Assembly (NCBI GenBank): GCA_040386535.1
Contig: JAZKFH010000032.1
Span: forward strand, 192,001 to 256,000
Reading direction: 5' to 3'
DNA: 64,000 bases
From: Myxococcota bacterium
GTDB lineage: Bacteria; Myxococcota_A; UBA796; SXON01
The notes beneath the pieces were generated by a model that saw nothing but the letters and a program-made list of their open reading frames with translations, was not told the DNA's origin and made no database searches. Numbering within the stretch: position 1 is the first letter of the stretch; each line of letters begins with the position of its first letter. The translations under genes and the position numbers were made by a program. Below, in pieces: positions 1 through 11,600 of the stretch.

Positions 1-1
1 C

Positions 2-1423
2 GCGGACGAGATCTGCGACAGCGTCGACAACGACTGCGACGGCACGGTCGACGACGATCCGATCGACGGGGACACCTGGTACCGGGACGCCGACGCCGAC
101 AGCTTCGGCAACCCCTCCGTGACCGACAGCGCGTGCACGATGCCCTCCGGCTACACCGACAACGCGTGGGACTGTGACGACTCCGATCGCACCGAGCCCG
201 TCGTGGCCGATCCGGTCAGCGGCTCCGCCACCGGCACCGGCACCGTCACCAGCCCGTTCGACAGCCTCCAGGACGCCATCGATGCCGCGAGCCTCTGTGT
301 CGCGGCCTTCAGCGGCACCTACCGCGAGTCCATCGACCTCGACGGCAAGAGCATCGATGTGTGGGGCGTCGAGGGCTACGACGTGACCACGATCGATCCC
401 AACCTGTCCACCTGCACGTCGACCAACCCGACCGCGTGCGGCGCGGCCGTCACGGTCGACTCCGGAACCAACGCCTCGCCGACCGTGCACGGGTTCACCA
501 TCACCGGCGGCACCGGCGCGTACACGTCGTCCACCTCCAGCACGACCTGCGCGGACTCCTCGGCCTCGCACAGCGGCCGCACCCTCTGCACGGTGACCAC
601 GTACGAGTACTGCGGCGGCGGCATCTTCGTGAACGGGGACGACCCCGTGTTCTACGATGTCGACGTGCGCGACAACACCCTGCCCGAGTTCCAGCAGGTC
701 TCGTCGGGTGAGTACGCCCAGGTCTGGATGTACAGCTACGGCGGCGGCGTCTGCCTCCAGAACTCGAACGCCAACTTCGAGGACTCCTGGATCGCCGGCA
801 ACTTCGCCGACCAGGGCGGCGGCATCTTCGCGGAGAACGGCTCGAGCTTCACCTTCGAGCACGGCTACGTCGGCGAGAACGACGCCGCGGACGGCGGCGG
901 CGTCAACCTCTCGGGCGCCTCGGCCACCTTCACGAACGCCGCCATCTACTGCAACAGCGCCGACACCGACGGTGGCGGTCTGTTCACCGAGTCCTCGGGC
1001 ACCTCGTCGTTCACGAACACCGTGTTCTACGGGAACACGTCGTCCACGTCGGGCTCGGCGCGCGGCTCCCAGGCCTACATCGGCACGTCGACCACGTTCA
1101 ACCTGATGAACTCCATCGCCGAGGCCAGCACCACCGTGGCGCTCGTCTACGGTGCCGGCGGCAGCGGGTCCCAGACCTACAACAACGTGTACAACAGCAC
1201 CGGCGTCAACTACGGCGGCACGATCTCCGCCGGCTCCGGCGCGATCTCCTCCGGGAGCAACTTCACGTCCGGCGCGTGCGAGAACAACCCGTACAACGAC
1301 ACGTTCACGCTGCGCACCACGTCCTCCTCGGTCAACGCGGGCAACCCCTCGGCCGCCTACAACGACCCCGACGGCACCCGCAACAACCAGGGCGCGCGCG
1401 GCGGCCCCGGCGGCACCTGGTAG
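2..1423 (+). CDS. 5'-truncated surface protein with DCDD/EICDxxDNDCDG metal-binding repeats and a C-terminal right-handed beta-helix (polymorphic-OMP-like GGG repeats)
   Basis: Frame is open from base 2 (ADEICDSVDNDCDG...WYRDADADSFG...DCDD) into ORF 119..1423; repeated N-x-A-x-x-GGG motifs; ends DPDGTRNNQGARGGP. Confidence 0.8.
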   Translation, partial: ADEICDSVDNDCDGTVDDDPIDGDTWYRDADADSFGNPSVTDSACTMPSGYTDNAWDCDDSDRTEPVVADPVSGSATGTGTVTSPFDSLQDAIDAASLCVAAFSGTYRESIDLDGKSIDVWGVEGYDVTTIDPNLSTCTSTNPTACGAAVTVDSGTNASPTVHGFTITGGTGAYTSSTSSTTCADSSASHSGRTLCTVTTYEYCGGGIFVNGDDPVFYDVDVRDNTLPEFQQVSSGEYAQVWMYSYGGGVCLQNSNANFEDSWIAGNFADQGGGIFAENGSSFTFEHGYVGENDAADGGGVNLSGASATFTNAAIYCNSADTDGGGLFTESSGTSSFTNTVFYGNTSSTSGSARGSQAYIGTSTTFNLMNSIAEASTTVALVYGAGGSGSQTYNNVYNSTGVNYGGTISAGSGAISSGSNFTSGACENNPYNDTFTLRTTSSSVNAGNPSAAYNDPDGTRNNQGARGGPGGTW

Positions 1424-1427
1424 GCGC

Positions 1428-2324
1428 CTACGGAAACAAGCCGAGCTGCGCCGTCGGCCGCGCCCAGGGCGACACCCAGGCGCCTCGCTCCAACAGCGCC
1501 TGCTCGACCTCGACCGTCTCCGCCGCGCCCTTTAGCAGGACGAGGTGGCCGTGGCCCACGTCGCCGAGCGCGTCGGGGTGGGTGACCACGTGCATCGGGC
1601 GCGCGACCCCATCCACGAGGCGCCACGTCGGCACCGGCCCGCCGAGGTCCCAGATGGCCGAGCCCTTGGTCTCGGCGCGCTCCGTGAACGCGGTGCGCTC
1701 GGTCGATCCGGGGTGCACCACCACCGCGTCGCCGACGGGGAGCACCTGCCGCGGGTGGATGTGGCCGCACAACACGTGGCGGACGCCCGGCGGGAGGTGG
1801 GCCGCGCCGACGGTGTCGGGGGCGGCCCCGACGCGGAAGGTGAACCCGGGCACCCGCACCCCGTCGAAGGCCTGGTGCGCGAGCAGCAGATCCACGCCAC
1901 CGTCACACGCGTCCGCCGCGGCCGCGGCCCACGCTTGCGCGGTCGGGAGGTAGGGCACCAACGCGAGCCGGAGCCCCGCGATCCGCACGGTCGCGGCCAC
2001 GTCGACGATCTCGACGCCGGGCAGCTCCCCGAGGTGAACCCGCACGCCGCGGCGGTCGTGGTTGCCGGGCATGATGACCGTCGGGACGATGCGGCCCAGC
2101 TCGGAGAAGATGTCCACGGCCGCCGCCACGGCACGGGCGGGCGGGCGGGACCGATCGAACAGGTCGCCGGTGTGGACCACGAGGTCGACCTTGCCCTGGT
2201 AGGCCGGCGCCAGCGCAGCCTTCAGCGCGGTGATGTGGTCGTCGCCGCGCCGCCATCCCGGGGGCGCGCCGCGGAACCAGCGGTCGACGCCCAGGTGTGT
2301 GTCGGTGACGTGGAGGATTCGCAT
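1428..2324 (-). CDS. Metallophosphoesterase, SbcD/Mre11-like exonuclease
   Basis: DTHLG, TGDLFD, PGNHD, AHQ, CGHIH and PGS motifs; ATG at 2324 (MRILHVTD). Confidence 0.85.
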   Translation of the reverse strand: MRILHVTDTHLGVDRWFRGAPPGWRRGDDHITALKAALAPAYQGKVDLVVHTGDLFDRSRPPARAVAAAVDIFSELGRIVPTVIMPGNHDRRGVRVHLGELPGVEIVDVAATVRIAGLRLALVPYLPTAQAWAAAAADACDGGVDLLLAHQAFDGVRVPGFTFRVGAAPDTVGAAHLPPGVRHVLCGHIHPRQVLPVGDAVVVHPGSTERTAFTERAETKGSAIWDLGGPVPTWRLVDGVARPMHVVTHPDALGDVGHGHLVLLKGAAETVEVEQALLERGAWVSPWARPTAQLGLFP

Positions 2325-2381
2325 GCGCCCGGAAGTCGTATCCGATGGCGGCGGGCGCGGATCCGTCGTCATCCGCCCCGA

Positions 2382-3551
2382 CTACCGGCGCAGCTCCTGC
2401 GCCCGCAGGGCCGCGAGCCGGTCGCCGCCCTCGAGCGTGCTCTTCACCCCGAGGACCCGCACGAGGTCCTCCAACGTCAGCACGCCTTCGAGCCGACCGT
2501 CGCTCGCCACCAGCAGCGTGGTCGCGTCGGTCTCGTGCATGCGCCGGAGCGCCTCCGCGCCGTTCGCGTCCGGATCGATGACCGCGCTCGACGAGGGCGC
2601 GCGCGCCACGCTCTCCACGGTGCGGCCCGCCCACTCCTCCTGCGGGATCGCGCGAACGTCTGCCACGTCGACGTAGCCGACGAGCTCGTCGCCCTGCGCC
2701 ACGGGGAAGCGCATGCGGCCCCGCGCAAAGGCGTAGTCCTGCACGAAGCGCTCGAGCGAGAGGGTCGGCGCCACGATGAGCGGGACGCGGTCCATGACGC
2801 GGTGGACTGCCACCCCTTCGAGCACGCGCTGGATGTCGAGCTGCTGCATCGAGCTGATCGCGGCGCGCCGCAGGAAGGAGCCGATGAGGATCCACCACAA
2901 CGCGCCGAGCAGGTTGCCGCCGAGGCCCACGAGGACGCCCGCGGCCATCAGGAACAGGCCGATGGCCTGCCCCACCCAGGACGCCGTGCGCGTGGCCGCG
3001 TAGAGGTCACCCCGGATGCGCCAGAGGATCGCGCGCAACACCCGCCCCCCGTCGAGCGGAAAGCCAGGGAGCAGGTTGAAGATCGCCAGGACCAGGTTCA
3101 TCCAGCCGAGGTACACGAACAGCGCGGCGAGGGCCATCGGCAGGCCCGCGAGGTCAGCGGCGAGCCCGAGCCCCAGCGACGCGAAGGCGAGCACGAAGCT
3201 GCACAACGGCCCCGCGATCGCGACACGGAGCTCCACATCGGCGCTCGGCGGCTCGGCGACGGTTTCGGCCACCCCGCCGAAGATCCACAACGTGATGAAG
3301 CGGGTCTCGAGCCCGTACCGCCGCGCCACGGCCGCGTGGGCGACCTCGTGGAGGAGGATCGAGCCGAAGAGCCCCATCGCCCCGACGAACCCCATGATCC
3401 AATACATGGCGCTGGAGAGGCCGGGCACGATCGCGGGGAACGCCCCGAGGGCGAGGCTCCAGGTGACGAACACGGCGATGATGAGCCAGCCTGCGTCGGC
3501 TCGTACGTTGAATCCGAACAGGCGGAACAGCGGGAAACGTCGTCCAAACAT
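2382..3551 (-). CDS. Site-2 protease (M50) with C-terminal CBS pair
   Basis: HEVAH zinc motif, FNLLPGFPLDGGR, TM segments, two CBS-like repeats. Confidence 0.92.
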   Translation of the reverse strand: MFGRRFPLFRLFGFNVRADAGWLIIAVFVTWSLALGAFPAIVPGLSSAMYWIMGFVGAMGLFGSILLHEVAHAAVARRYGLETRFITLWIFGGVAETVAEPPSADVELRVAIAGPLCSFVLAFASLGLGLAADLAGLPMALAALFVYLGWMNLVLAIFNLLPGFPLDGGRVLRAILWRIRGDLYAATRTASWVGQAIGLFLMAAGVLVGLGGNLLGALWWILIGSFLRRAAISSMQQLDIQRVLEGVAVHRVMDRVPLIVAPTLSLERFVQDYAFARGRMRFPVAQGDELVGYVDVADVRAIPQEEWAGRTVESVARAPSSSAVIDPDANGAEALRRMHETDATTLLVASDGRLEGVLTLEDLVRVLGVKSTLEGGDRLAALRAQELRR

Positions 3552-3572
3552 CGGACCTCGCTCCCCTCGAAC

Positions 3573-5381
3573 CTAGCGACCGTCCCGCCCTTCGCCATCG
3601 GACGTGCACGGCACGGCGGCGCCGTCGAGCGTCCAGATCGCCAGGGTGTCGTCCTCGACCGCGGGCGCGCCGAGAAGCGCGAGCAGCTGCCGCCGCGGGC
3701 GTGACCACTCGGACACCCAGGTCACGGCTCCGTCGGGAGTGGTGCGCGGGCGGCGAAACGCGTCGATCCGCGCCAGGACGTAGCGATAGCCATGGGCGGC
3801 GAGCGCGGCGCGGGCCTCCGGCGTGGTCGGGGCCATCTCCCGCGTGTACTGGCGGTCGCCGATGGCCTCCAGCTCCCGGAGCAGCGGATCCTCGGTCCGA
3901 AGACGGGTGAAGGCGGCCGGCGCGAACGCGGTCTTCTTCAGCAACATCCCGCCGAGGAGCGGCTTGTGGTGGATGGTCTGGAACCAGAGGTTCTTCTGGT
4001 CCACCAGCAGCGGCAGGTCGATCACCGCGCCGGGGGGCGCCGCCGCGAGGCAGGCGAGCGTGGCCGGCACGGTGGCGTCCCAGCTCGCCACGGGGAGGAG
4101 CGCGTCCTCGCGGAGGAGCCCGAGGACGACGAGGCCAAAACCCGCGCCCGTCGGGATCCGAACGGCGCGCGGCACGGCCGCGAGGAGCACCGGGAGCAGC
4201 CCCGCCACGAGCAGATGGAGCAGGAACACCGCGCGACCGGGCCACCACCAGCGCCGCAGCACGTCGACCTCCGCGACGAGCGCGATCCACGGGCGGTTGG
4301 GGACGAGAACGTCGCCGAGCACGATCGCGGGCCCGCTCGCGACGAGCACGGCCAGCAGCCCCGCGCCCACGACCCACCCCCAGCGGCGCACGCCCCCACC
4401 CGCGAGCAGCACCCCGGCGCCGAGGACGCCGATGAGCAGGTGGACGCCGAACAGCGCCGGCAGCCCGGGGTTGAAGCGCAACCCCTCGTTCCCCTCGTCG
4501 AGCAGCGAGCCGGCCGCGCCGAGCAGCGGCGCCACGACGTAGAGCCCCTGGGTGTCACCCTCGACGGTGCGCAGCGCGAGCGGTGCGAGAGGGCCGTGTC
4601 CGTCGAGGGCGAGCAGGCCCGGCACGTCCCCCACGCCGAGCGCGGCGATCATCGGGGCGGCGAAGGGCAGCGTGACGAGGAGGGCGACCGCCGCCGCCAT
4701 CCCGTGGAGGCCGAGGGTCCGCCGCCGATCGGGGCCCGCGCCGAGCGCCCACCCGCCCTCGAGGAGCGCGACCACGGCGAGGAGGAGGCCGTAGTACCAG
4801 TACGCGAGCGCGGTCGCGCCGAGCGCCAGGCCGGTCAGCGCCGCGTGGGGGGCCCGCCGCATCGTGATCAAGCCGGAGAGAGCGAGCCCCGCGGGCGCGA
4901 GCCACGCCTGGGTGACGCGGCCGAGATCGATCTCGGCGAGCACGTAGGGGTTCACGACGAGCGCGAGCCCCGCCATCCATCCCCACCCCCGTGGCGCGCC
5001 GAGCGCGGACGCGAGCCGCGTGCCCGCCCACGCGTTCGTGAGGAGCACGACGATCACCCACGCGTCGAAGCCCGCGACCGGCCCGAGGAGCAGGCGCAGC
5101 GGGGTCGCGAGCCAGGCGTCCACGAGATTGCCGCCGGTGTGCGCGTACAGGTCCTTGCCCCACGGGTGGAACAACAGATCCGTGGCGGCCGCGGGCTGCC
5201 GGCCCGCCACCACCTCGCCCGCGAACCAGAAGAACCACTGCGTGCCGAACCCGTCGACGCTCGGCGAGCCGACCACGCGGGTCGTGGGGTGCAGGAGCAC
5301 GGGCCCCAGCACGACCACGACCGCCAGCCCGATCATCAGCGCCCCGACCCACCCCGAACGGCGGGCGGGCACCTCGTTCAC
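3573..5381 (-). CDS. Multi-pass membrane protein, GT-C glycosyltransferase-like
   Basis: GTG start overlapping the tamA stop (GTGA); about 12 hydrophobic segments; DLLFHPWG loop and C-terminal AVIDLP...WFQTIHHKPLLGG. Confidence 0.6.
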   Translation of the reverse strand: MNEVPARRSGWVGALMIGLAVVVVLGPVLLHPTTRVVGSPSVDGFGTQWFFWFAGEVVAGRQPAAATDLLFHPWGKDLYAHTGGNLVDAWLATPLRLLLGPVAGFDAWVIVVLLTNAWAGTRLASALGAPRGWGWMAGLALVVNPYVLAEIDLGRVTQAWLAPAGLALSGLITMRRAPHAALTGLALGATALAYWYYGLLLAVVALLEGGWALGAGPDRRRTLGLHGMAAAVALLVTLPFAAPMIAALGVGDVPGLLALDGHGPLAPLALRTVEGDTQGLYVVAPLLGAAGSLLDEGNEGLRFNPGLPALFGVHLLIGVLGAGVLLAGGGVRRWGWVVGAGLLAVLVASGPAIVLGDVLVPNRPWIALVAEVDVLRRWWWPGRAVFLLHLLVAGLLPVLLAAVPRAVRIPTGAGFGLVVLGLLREDALLPVASWDATVPATLACLAAAPPGAVIDLPLLVDQKNLWFQTIHHKPLLGGMLLKKTAFAPAAFTRLRTEDPLLRELEAIGDRQYTREMAPTTPEARAALAAHGYRYVLARIDAFRRPRTTPDGAVTWVSEWSRPRRQLLALLGAPAVEDDTLAIWTLDGAAVPCTSDGEGRDGR

Positions 5382-8300
5382 AGCGCCCCCAGCGACACGT
5401 GCAGCCGCACGAGGCTCTCCTCGCGGGCCTCGATGCGCGCGGGGTTGAAACCGACATCGACCTGGATCGGCCCGATGACCGTGGCGCGTCGGAGCCCCAC
5501 ACCCACCGACCAGCGCAGCGCCGGGTTTCCCTCCGCCGCGGAGAGCGCCATCGAGTCGGTGACGCCGGGGTTCAGGAACCACACGTTCCCCACGTCCGTG
5601 AAGAAGGCGAGCTGCGTGCCCTCCCACTTCTCCAGCCCGAGCCGCTCGAACGGGATGCGGAACTCGAGGCTCCCCAGCGCCATCGCGTCGCCGCCGGTCG
5701 GCACCCAGCGCGAGGGGGCGTCCCGCCCGCCGTAGGCCACGATGGGGGCGAGGCCGTCGTTGAAGGCGATGCGCTCCTGGGCCACCTCGTTCGCCGGGCC
5801 CACCTCGTCGAGAGCGAAGCCGCGCAGGCTGGCGCCGCCGCCGAGGCGGAAGCGGTCCTCCAGCGGGAGGGTCGCCCGCTCGACCGCGGCGGGATCCCCC
5901 GGCACCCACGCGGCGCCCGCCCGCAGGCGCCCCTGGAGCCCGAAGCCCCCGATCGGCGCCCACCACGCCCAGCTCCCCTCGGCGCGGAGGTAGGTCAGGT
6001 CGGAGAGCACCTCGTCGGTCACGTTGACGAGCAGGTTGCCGATGCCGCCGCGCGTCGGGTTGAACGGATCGTCGCGCCGGTCGTAGACGAACGACAGATC
6101 CAGGCCCGACTGGGCGCGCACCGCGCTCGGGAGGGTGAGCGCGGGATCGTCGATGTCGGCCACGCCGAGCTCGTCGAGCCAGGGGTCCCCCGGGACGATG
6201 GCGCCCGGATCGACATCGAGCAGCCGCCGGAACTGGACCCGGTAGGCGAGCTCCGCGGTGCCGTGCGCGCCGAGGTGGAGCAGCACCCCGATCCCGCCGC
6301 CCGAGCGCTCCAGCCGGTAGCTCGGCTCCTGCTGCTGCTCGTTGAAGGTCACGTCGAGGGCCACCCGCTCGCCGCGCGCGGGGATGTTGGGGGCCTCGTA
6401 GCGCGCCGCCGCCTTCCACTCCGGGGCGAGCACGTCGAGGCTCCAGCCGTCCCCCACCCAGCCCACGCCGGCCTGGGCGAGCAGCGTCACGCGGTGGCCG
6501 AGCCCGAACAGGTTGCGATGCCCGCCCCGCACGAACAGCTTCACGCCGAGATCGGTCGCGACGCCGCCGCCCACCTCCGCGTGCAGGTTGGGGCGCTCCT
6601 CCACCTCGACGATGAGGTCCTTTACACGGTCCTCGTCTCCCACCAGCTCCGCGGAGACGCGCGCGAACAGGTCGAGCTCGTAGAGCCGCCGCCGGATGGC
6701 CGCCACGCGGGACGGCGCGAGCGGATCACCTGCCCGCAGGTCGATCTCGCGCTCGATCACCGACCGCCGCGTGCGCCGGTGCCCGCGCAGGATGACCGAG
6801 CGCAGGTACACCACCGGCCCCGTCGTCACCAGGATGTGCGCGTCCGCGCGGCTCCCGTCCGCCGAGACGACGATGGAGGCGCGGGCGTCGGCCCCGAGGA
6901 AGCCCTGCTCGTTGAGGGCCTCGACGAGGCGCCGGCTGCGCGCCTCCACCTCCGCCGGGTTCAACGGCAGGCCCACGAGATCCCCGAACAGCCCGTCGAC
7001 GCCGGCCCGCGCGGCCTCCACGCCGTCTCCCCCGACGGTGTACTCGCCGAGGACCGCGCGCGGGCCGGCGTCCACGCGCACCTCGATGTCCACGGGCACG
7101 ACCGCCACGCCGTGCTCCTCGGGCCCCTTCCGCTCCTCGAAGGAGAGCCGCTCCAGATCGGCCGACAAGTAGCCCTGCGACCGGTAGAACTCCTGGAGCA
7201 CCTCGAGCGCGTCGTCCACCGCCTCGGGCGTGATGCGGCCCTTCCCGATGTGGTCGGGGCTGGCCTCCTTCAACGCGCCGGTGAGGTAGCGCTTGTCGTA
7301 CCGCGGATCTCCGACGAAGCGCGCCGTGCCGAGGCGATGCCGCGGCCCGGGGCTGCCGGTGATCCGCAGGGTCACGACGTCTTCGGCCTCCTCGACCACC
7401 ACGGTCACCTGCGCCTCGAGGTGGCTCGCCTCCTGGAGCGCTTCCGTGAGCGTACGCGACGCCTCCTCGCCGTACCGGCGGGAGAGCCGCGCGCCGTCCT
7501 CCAGCCCCAACGCGTCGACGATGCGCGGCTTCGCCGGGAGCCCCCGGCGGAGGGGCCGAGGGCCGTCCCGCACGATCGCCCAGGGCCGCCGGGGATCCAC
7601 CAGCACGACGAGCCGGATCCCCTCGGCGACCGGGTCGAGCTGCACGACCACGCGGCCCTCGTAGTACCCCTTCTTGCGCACGGCCTTGGTGAGGGCCTCC
7701 CGCGCGCGTCGCAACGCGTCTTCGGTCCACGGGCGCCCGACGCCCAGGCCCGCCTGCCCCAGGATCCAGCGCACGCGGAGCGAGCTCAAGGCGTCGCCGT
7801 CGCGGATGCGCACCTCCGTCACCCGGTTCGGCGCGCCCTCCGCCACCGTCAGCGCGAGGGTCACGCCGCCGTCCTCGTCCGTGGTCGTGGAGGCGTCGGC
7901 GGTGGCGGTGGGGTACCCGATGGCCGCGTACGCCTCGCGGATGGCCGTGCCGATGCGCGCCTGGTCCTCGGGGAAGAAGGGGTCTCCCGGCTCGCGCCCG
8001 ATGACGCCGAGCAGCTCCCGGCGGGACATGGCCCGCGCGCCGCGGAGCACCACCCGCTCGAGGCGCGGGGGCGGGTACACGCGGTACTCGACCCTCACCG
8101 CGGGCACGGGCTGCCCGTCCGCGTCGAAGGCGACCCAGTCCTCGACGTCGACCTCAACCCGCGCGAAATCGAGCACGCGGTGCAGCACGGCGATGTCCTG
8201 GCGCACGGCCTGGGGGTCGTACCGGGTGTCCTGCTGCACGCGGAGCAGCGGCTCCAGGCTCTCCGCGGGGAGGCCGCCGCCGGGCGCGACCAGGGTGCGG

Positions 8301-8575
8301 AGCGCCACGACCCGCCCGGTGTAGCGCACCGCCGCCGGCAGATCGGAGTCCGTCGCGACGGGGCCGTCGGCGAGCGGCACGAGCGGCATCGGGGCGACCG
8401 CGCCGGGAACGTCGTCCGGAGCGGCCTCCTGAGCGGCCTCCGGGGCGGCGAGCTCCAGCGGGTCGGGCGTGCCCGCCGGTTCCTGCGCCCACGCGGCCGA
8501 GTGCGTCACGCCGGCGCACATCAGGGTGGCGGCGACGCCTCGGATCGCGCGACTTGCTTGAGACGGGGCTCGCAT
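5378..8575 (-). CDS. tamA: BamA/TamA-family outer-membrane protein with multiple POTRA domains
   Basis: POTRA repeats (Y...GY..A), GG..SLRGF, FFTDVGNVW, GPIQVDVG, C-terminal HVSLG; directly downstream of tamB. Confidence 0.85.
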   Translation of the reverse strand: MRAPSQASRAIRGVAATLMCAGVTHSAAWAQEPAGTPDPLELAAPEAAQEAAPDDVPGAVAPMPLVPLADGPVATDSDLPAAVRYTGRVVALRTLVAPGGGLPAESLEPLLRVQQDTRYDPQAVRQDIAVLHRVLDFARVEVDVEDWVAFDADGQPVPAVRVEYRVYPPPRLERVVLRGARAMSRRELLGVIGREPGDPFFPEDQARIGTAIREAYAAIGYPTATADASTTTDEDGGVTLALTVAEGAPNRVTEVRIRDGDALSSLRVRWILGQAGLGVGRPWTEDALRRAREALTKAVRKKGYYEGRVVVQLDPVAEGIRLVVLVDPRRPWAIVRDGPRPLRRGLPAKPRIVDALGLEDGARLSRRYGEEASRTLTEALQEASHLEAQVTVVVEEAEDVVTLRITGSPGPRHRLGTARFVGDPRYDKRYLTGALKEASPDHIGKGRITPEAVDDALEVLQEFYRSQGYLSADLERLSFEERKGPEEHGVAVVPVDIEVRVDAGPRAVLGEYTVGGDGVEAARAGVDGLFGDLVGLPLNPAEVEARSRRLVEALNEQGFLGADARASIVVSADGSRADAHILVTTGPVVYLRSVILRGHRRTRRSVIEREIDLRAGDPLAPSRVAAIRRRLYELDLFARVSAELVGDEDRVKDLIVEVEERPNLHAEVGGGVATDLGVKLFVRGGHRNLFGLGHRVTLLAQAGVGWVGDGWSLDVLAPEWKAAARYEAPNIPARGERVALDVTFNEQQQEPSYRLERSGGGIGVLLHLGAHGTAELAYRVQFRRLLDVDPGAIVPGDPWLDELGVADIDDPALTLPSAVRAQSGLDLSFVYDRRDDPFNPTRGGIGNLLVNVTDEVLSDLTYLRAEGSWAWWAPIGGFGLQGRLRAGAAWVPGDPAAVERATLPLEDRFRLGGGASLRGFALDEVGPANEVAQERIAFNDGLAPIVAYGGRDAPSRWVPTGGDAMALGSLEFRIPFERLGLEKWEGTQLAFFTDVGNVWFLNPGVTDSMALSAAEGNPALRWSVGVGLRRATVIGPIQVDVGFNPARIEAREESLVRLHVSLGAL

Positions 8576-8629
8576 CGGGGCCTCGCCATAACGCGCGCGC
8601 CTCCTTGCTCGGCGGCGTTCCGCGGGCTC

Positions 8630-11600
8630 CTAATCGAGCTCCCACTTCAACTTGAACTCCGCGCCGTAGGCGGCCCCGATCGGCAGCGATCGCCCCTCCT
8701 GCCGCGTGGCCACGTACGCGGTGGCGTAGAGCCTCTCCGCGATGCGACGCTCGACGGAGGCGTACCAGTCGCTCCCGAAGTTCACGCCCAGGGCTTTTTC
8801 GACCGTGATGTCGAACTCGCCCACCTGCTTCTCGGCGACCAGCCGCAGGTCGCTCGTCACCGCGCTCGATCCGCGCTCCGACACGCCGCTCACGAGGTTC
8901 CAGCGGTCGATGATGAACAGGTTGGTGCGCGAGATGGCGGTCTGCGCGAGGAGCAGATCCCCCGTCTCCGCGACCAGCGCGGTGCCGAGCCCGCCGTACC
9001 GCTCGAGCTCCTCGCGGGTGACGCCGAACAGGAGGAGGGCGTTCACGTCCGCCTGCGCCAGGTAGGGGTCGGACGCGGTGTTGGTGCGCCAGTCGGAGAA
9101 CGGCCCGGTGACGCCGTAGGTCACGTGGTAGTCCTGATCGTGGCTGCGCACGTCGGTCTCGAGGAGGATGTCCAGGTCGGGATCGAAGGTGTACGGATCG
9201 ACGTAGCGGAGCTCGCCGCGCGTCACCTCGAACTCGCGCTCGTGCAGGTACACCTCGCCGCCGGCCTCCACGAGCACCTCGCCCACCATGCCCGGCCGCG
9301 ACGTGTCCCCGATGATGCGAAGGTTGGCGCTCGCGTCGGCGTCCGCCACGTTGTTGCGCAGCCGCACGGTGTCGTCGGCCCGCACCTCCAGATCCAGGCT
9401 GAAGTACCGCGCGCCCTCGACCGGGGCGCTCCCGGTGAGCCGCTCCTCGCGCAGCGAGAGCACCATCGCCTCCCAGTCGATGCGCTCGCGGAACTCCATC
9501 TCGTCGATGTCGATGGTGCCCGAGAGCAACAGGTCGTCGACCGGGCCGTCGAACCGGAGCGTCGCGTCGCCGACGATGGGCGGAAGGTAGTCGAGGTAGG
9601 CCACGCGGGCGTCTTCGAGCTCGCCCTCGATCTGGTAGCGGCGGGGGATCCACCCGTCCGCCTCGATCACGCTCTCGCCGCTCTGGAACGTGCCGCCGCC
9701 GACCTCGGCGGTCACGTCGCGAATGACGTAGCGCTCGGAGGTGGCCTCGATCGTGGCGGTGACGTTCTCGAAGTCGGCGGGGAAGTACCCGGAACGCAGC
9801 GTCGCGTCCTCGAGTGTGGCGGCGATCTCGACACGGGGCCGGCCGTCGCGGTCGCGCTCGATCTCCACCGCCACCTCGGCGATGCCCTGGGCGAGCTCCA
9901 GCTCCGGCACGAACGCGCGTGCGAGGTCGAGGTTCACCTCGCCGCCGCCACGAAACGCGAGCTGCCCGCGGCCGGTGGTGTAGCCCTGGAATTCGAGCTG
10001 GGTGCCCGCGTTGCCCTCGAGGCGGAGCAGCGGCACCTGCATGCTGGTGCCGTGTACGGCGAACACCCACGGCTCCGGCGCCGAGAGGACGTGCCCGTCC
10101 CACCGCGCCTCCACGCTGTCGAAGCGCCCCTCGATGTCCACGGGGGTCGGGCTGTCGCCGAAGCGGCCGGCGAGCGAGAGATCCCCGGACAGGCGCGCGT
10201 CCACCGGGCTCCCGTCCTGCGCGCGCGGGTAGAACAGGTGCGCGGGGAAGCGAGTGAAGGTGGCCTCGGCCTCGTAGGGCTGATCGCCCCACATCCCCAA
10301 CGTCCCGCGCGTGCGCAGCGCGTCTCCGAGGATGCCGCCGTCCCAGGCGAGCACGCCCGCCTCCGAGGAGAACGCGACCGACGTGTCCTCCAGCTCGCTC
10401 CCGTCGTAGAACGTGCGGGTCGCGGTGAGGCGCCCGCGTGGCGCGGGATCCTGGAGCGTGCCGCCGATCTGCGCGTCCAGCTGGATGCTCCCGGTGAGCG
10501 GCAGCCCCAGCGGCACGACGTGATCGAGCCGCTCCAGCGCCATCCCGTCGGAGAGCACGTCCAGGTTCATGACGAAGCCCCGCGCCACCGACCCGCGCGC
10601 CAGCACCGACTCCTCCCCCCGCGCGAGCACCAGCTCGTCGAGGGTGAACTCCCCGTCGTCCATCCAGGCGGTGGCGTGCCCGCTGGGGAAGGTCTCGCCG
10701 TACAGATCGACATCCCGCAGCTCCACGGAGATGTCGCCGTCGAGGTGGTAGGGCTCGCCCGAGAGCACGGCGGTGCCGGACACGATGCCGTCCATCGGCC
10801 CGACATCCACGAAGATGCCGGCGAGATCACGGATGTGGCCCGCGCCCACGTACACCTGCGTGTCGATGAACATCGGGTCGGTGAACGCGATCTCGAAGTC
10901 GCCCTGGTAGTCGGTCTCCCCGAGCCGGGCGCGGATGTCGGTGAAGTGCAGCCGGCGCAGATCGCTGCTGTCCAGCGCGGCGGTGAGGTGGTCCGCCAGG
11001 GGCATGTCGAGCACGACGGCGTCGGTGACCGTGAGTGTCGCCTCGGCCGACATCGGCTGGTCGTAGCGGCCGCCCAACCATCCGGACAGCGACGCACGGC
11101 CGCCGAGCCCGGCGTCCCCGAGCGGCTGGAGCTGGGACAGGTCGAGCGTGGAGAAGGCCACGTCCACCCCGAGCGGCCCGTGGGCAGCGAACCCCAGGTC
11201 GGCCCGGGCGGTGCCGCGGCTCGGTCCCGCCGCCACACGCCCGTCGAGCACCATGTGCTCCGCGTCGACCATCAGATCGCCGACCACCGTCCCAGCCGGC
11301 ACGGCGAGCAAGGTGTCGGAGGGCCCGTCCACCGGGCCGTCGTTCACGTGGAACCCCCCGATGTTCACCTCGAACGGGCCGTCGAGCCGGAAGGGCTTGA
11401 TCGTGCCGGTCACGTGGGTTTCGAGGTCGCCGACGAAGTCCGCCCACGGGGTCGGGGCCACGCCCGCGGACTGGAGGATGCGCGCGAGCCGGATCCCCTC
11501 CGCGACCACGCCGCCCTGGACGGCGCCGGTCGCCGGCTCTACGCGCGCGTCCACGAGGAGCGTTCCCTCGCCCCAGCCCATCTCGAGCGGTCCGACCTCG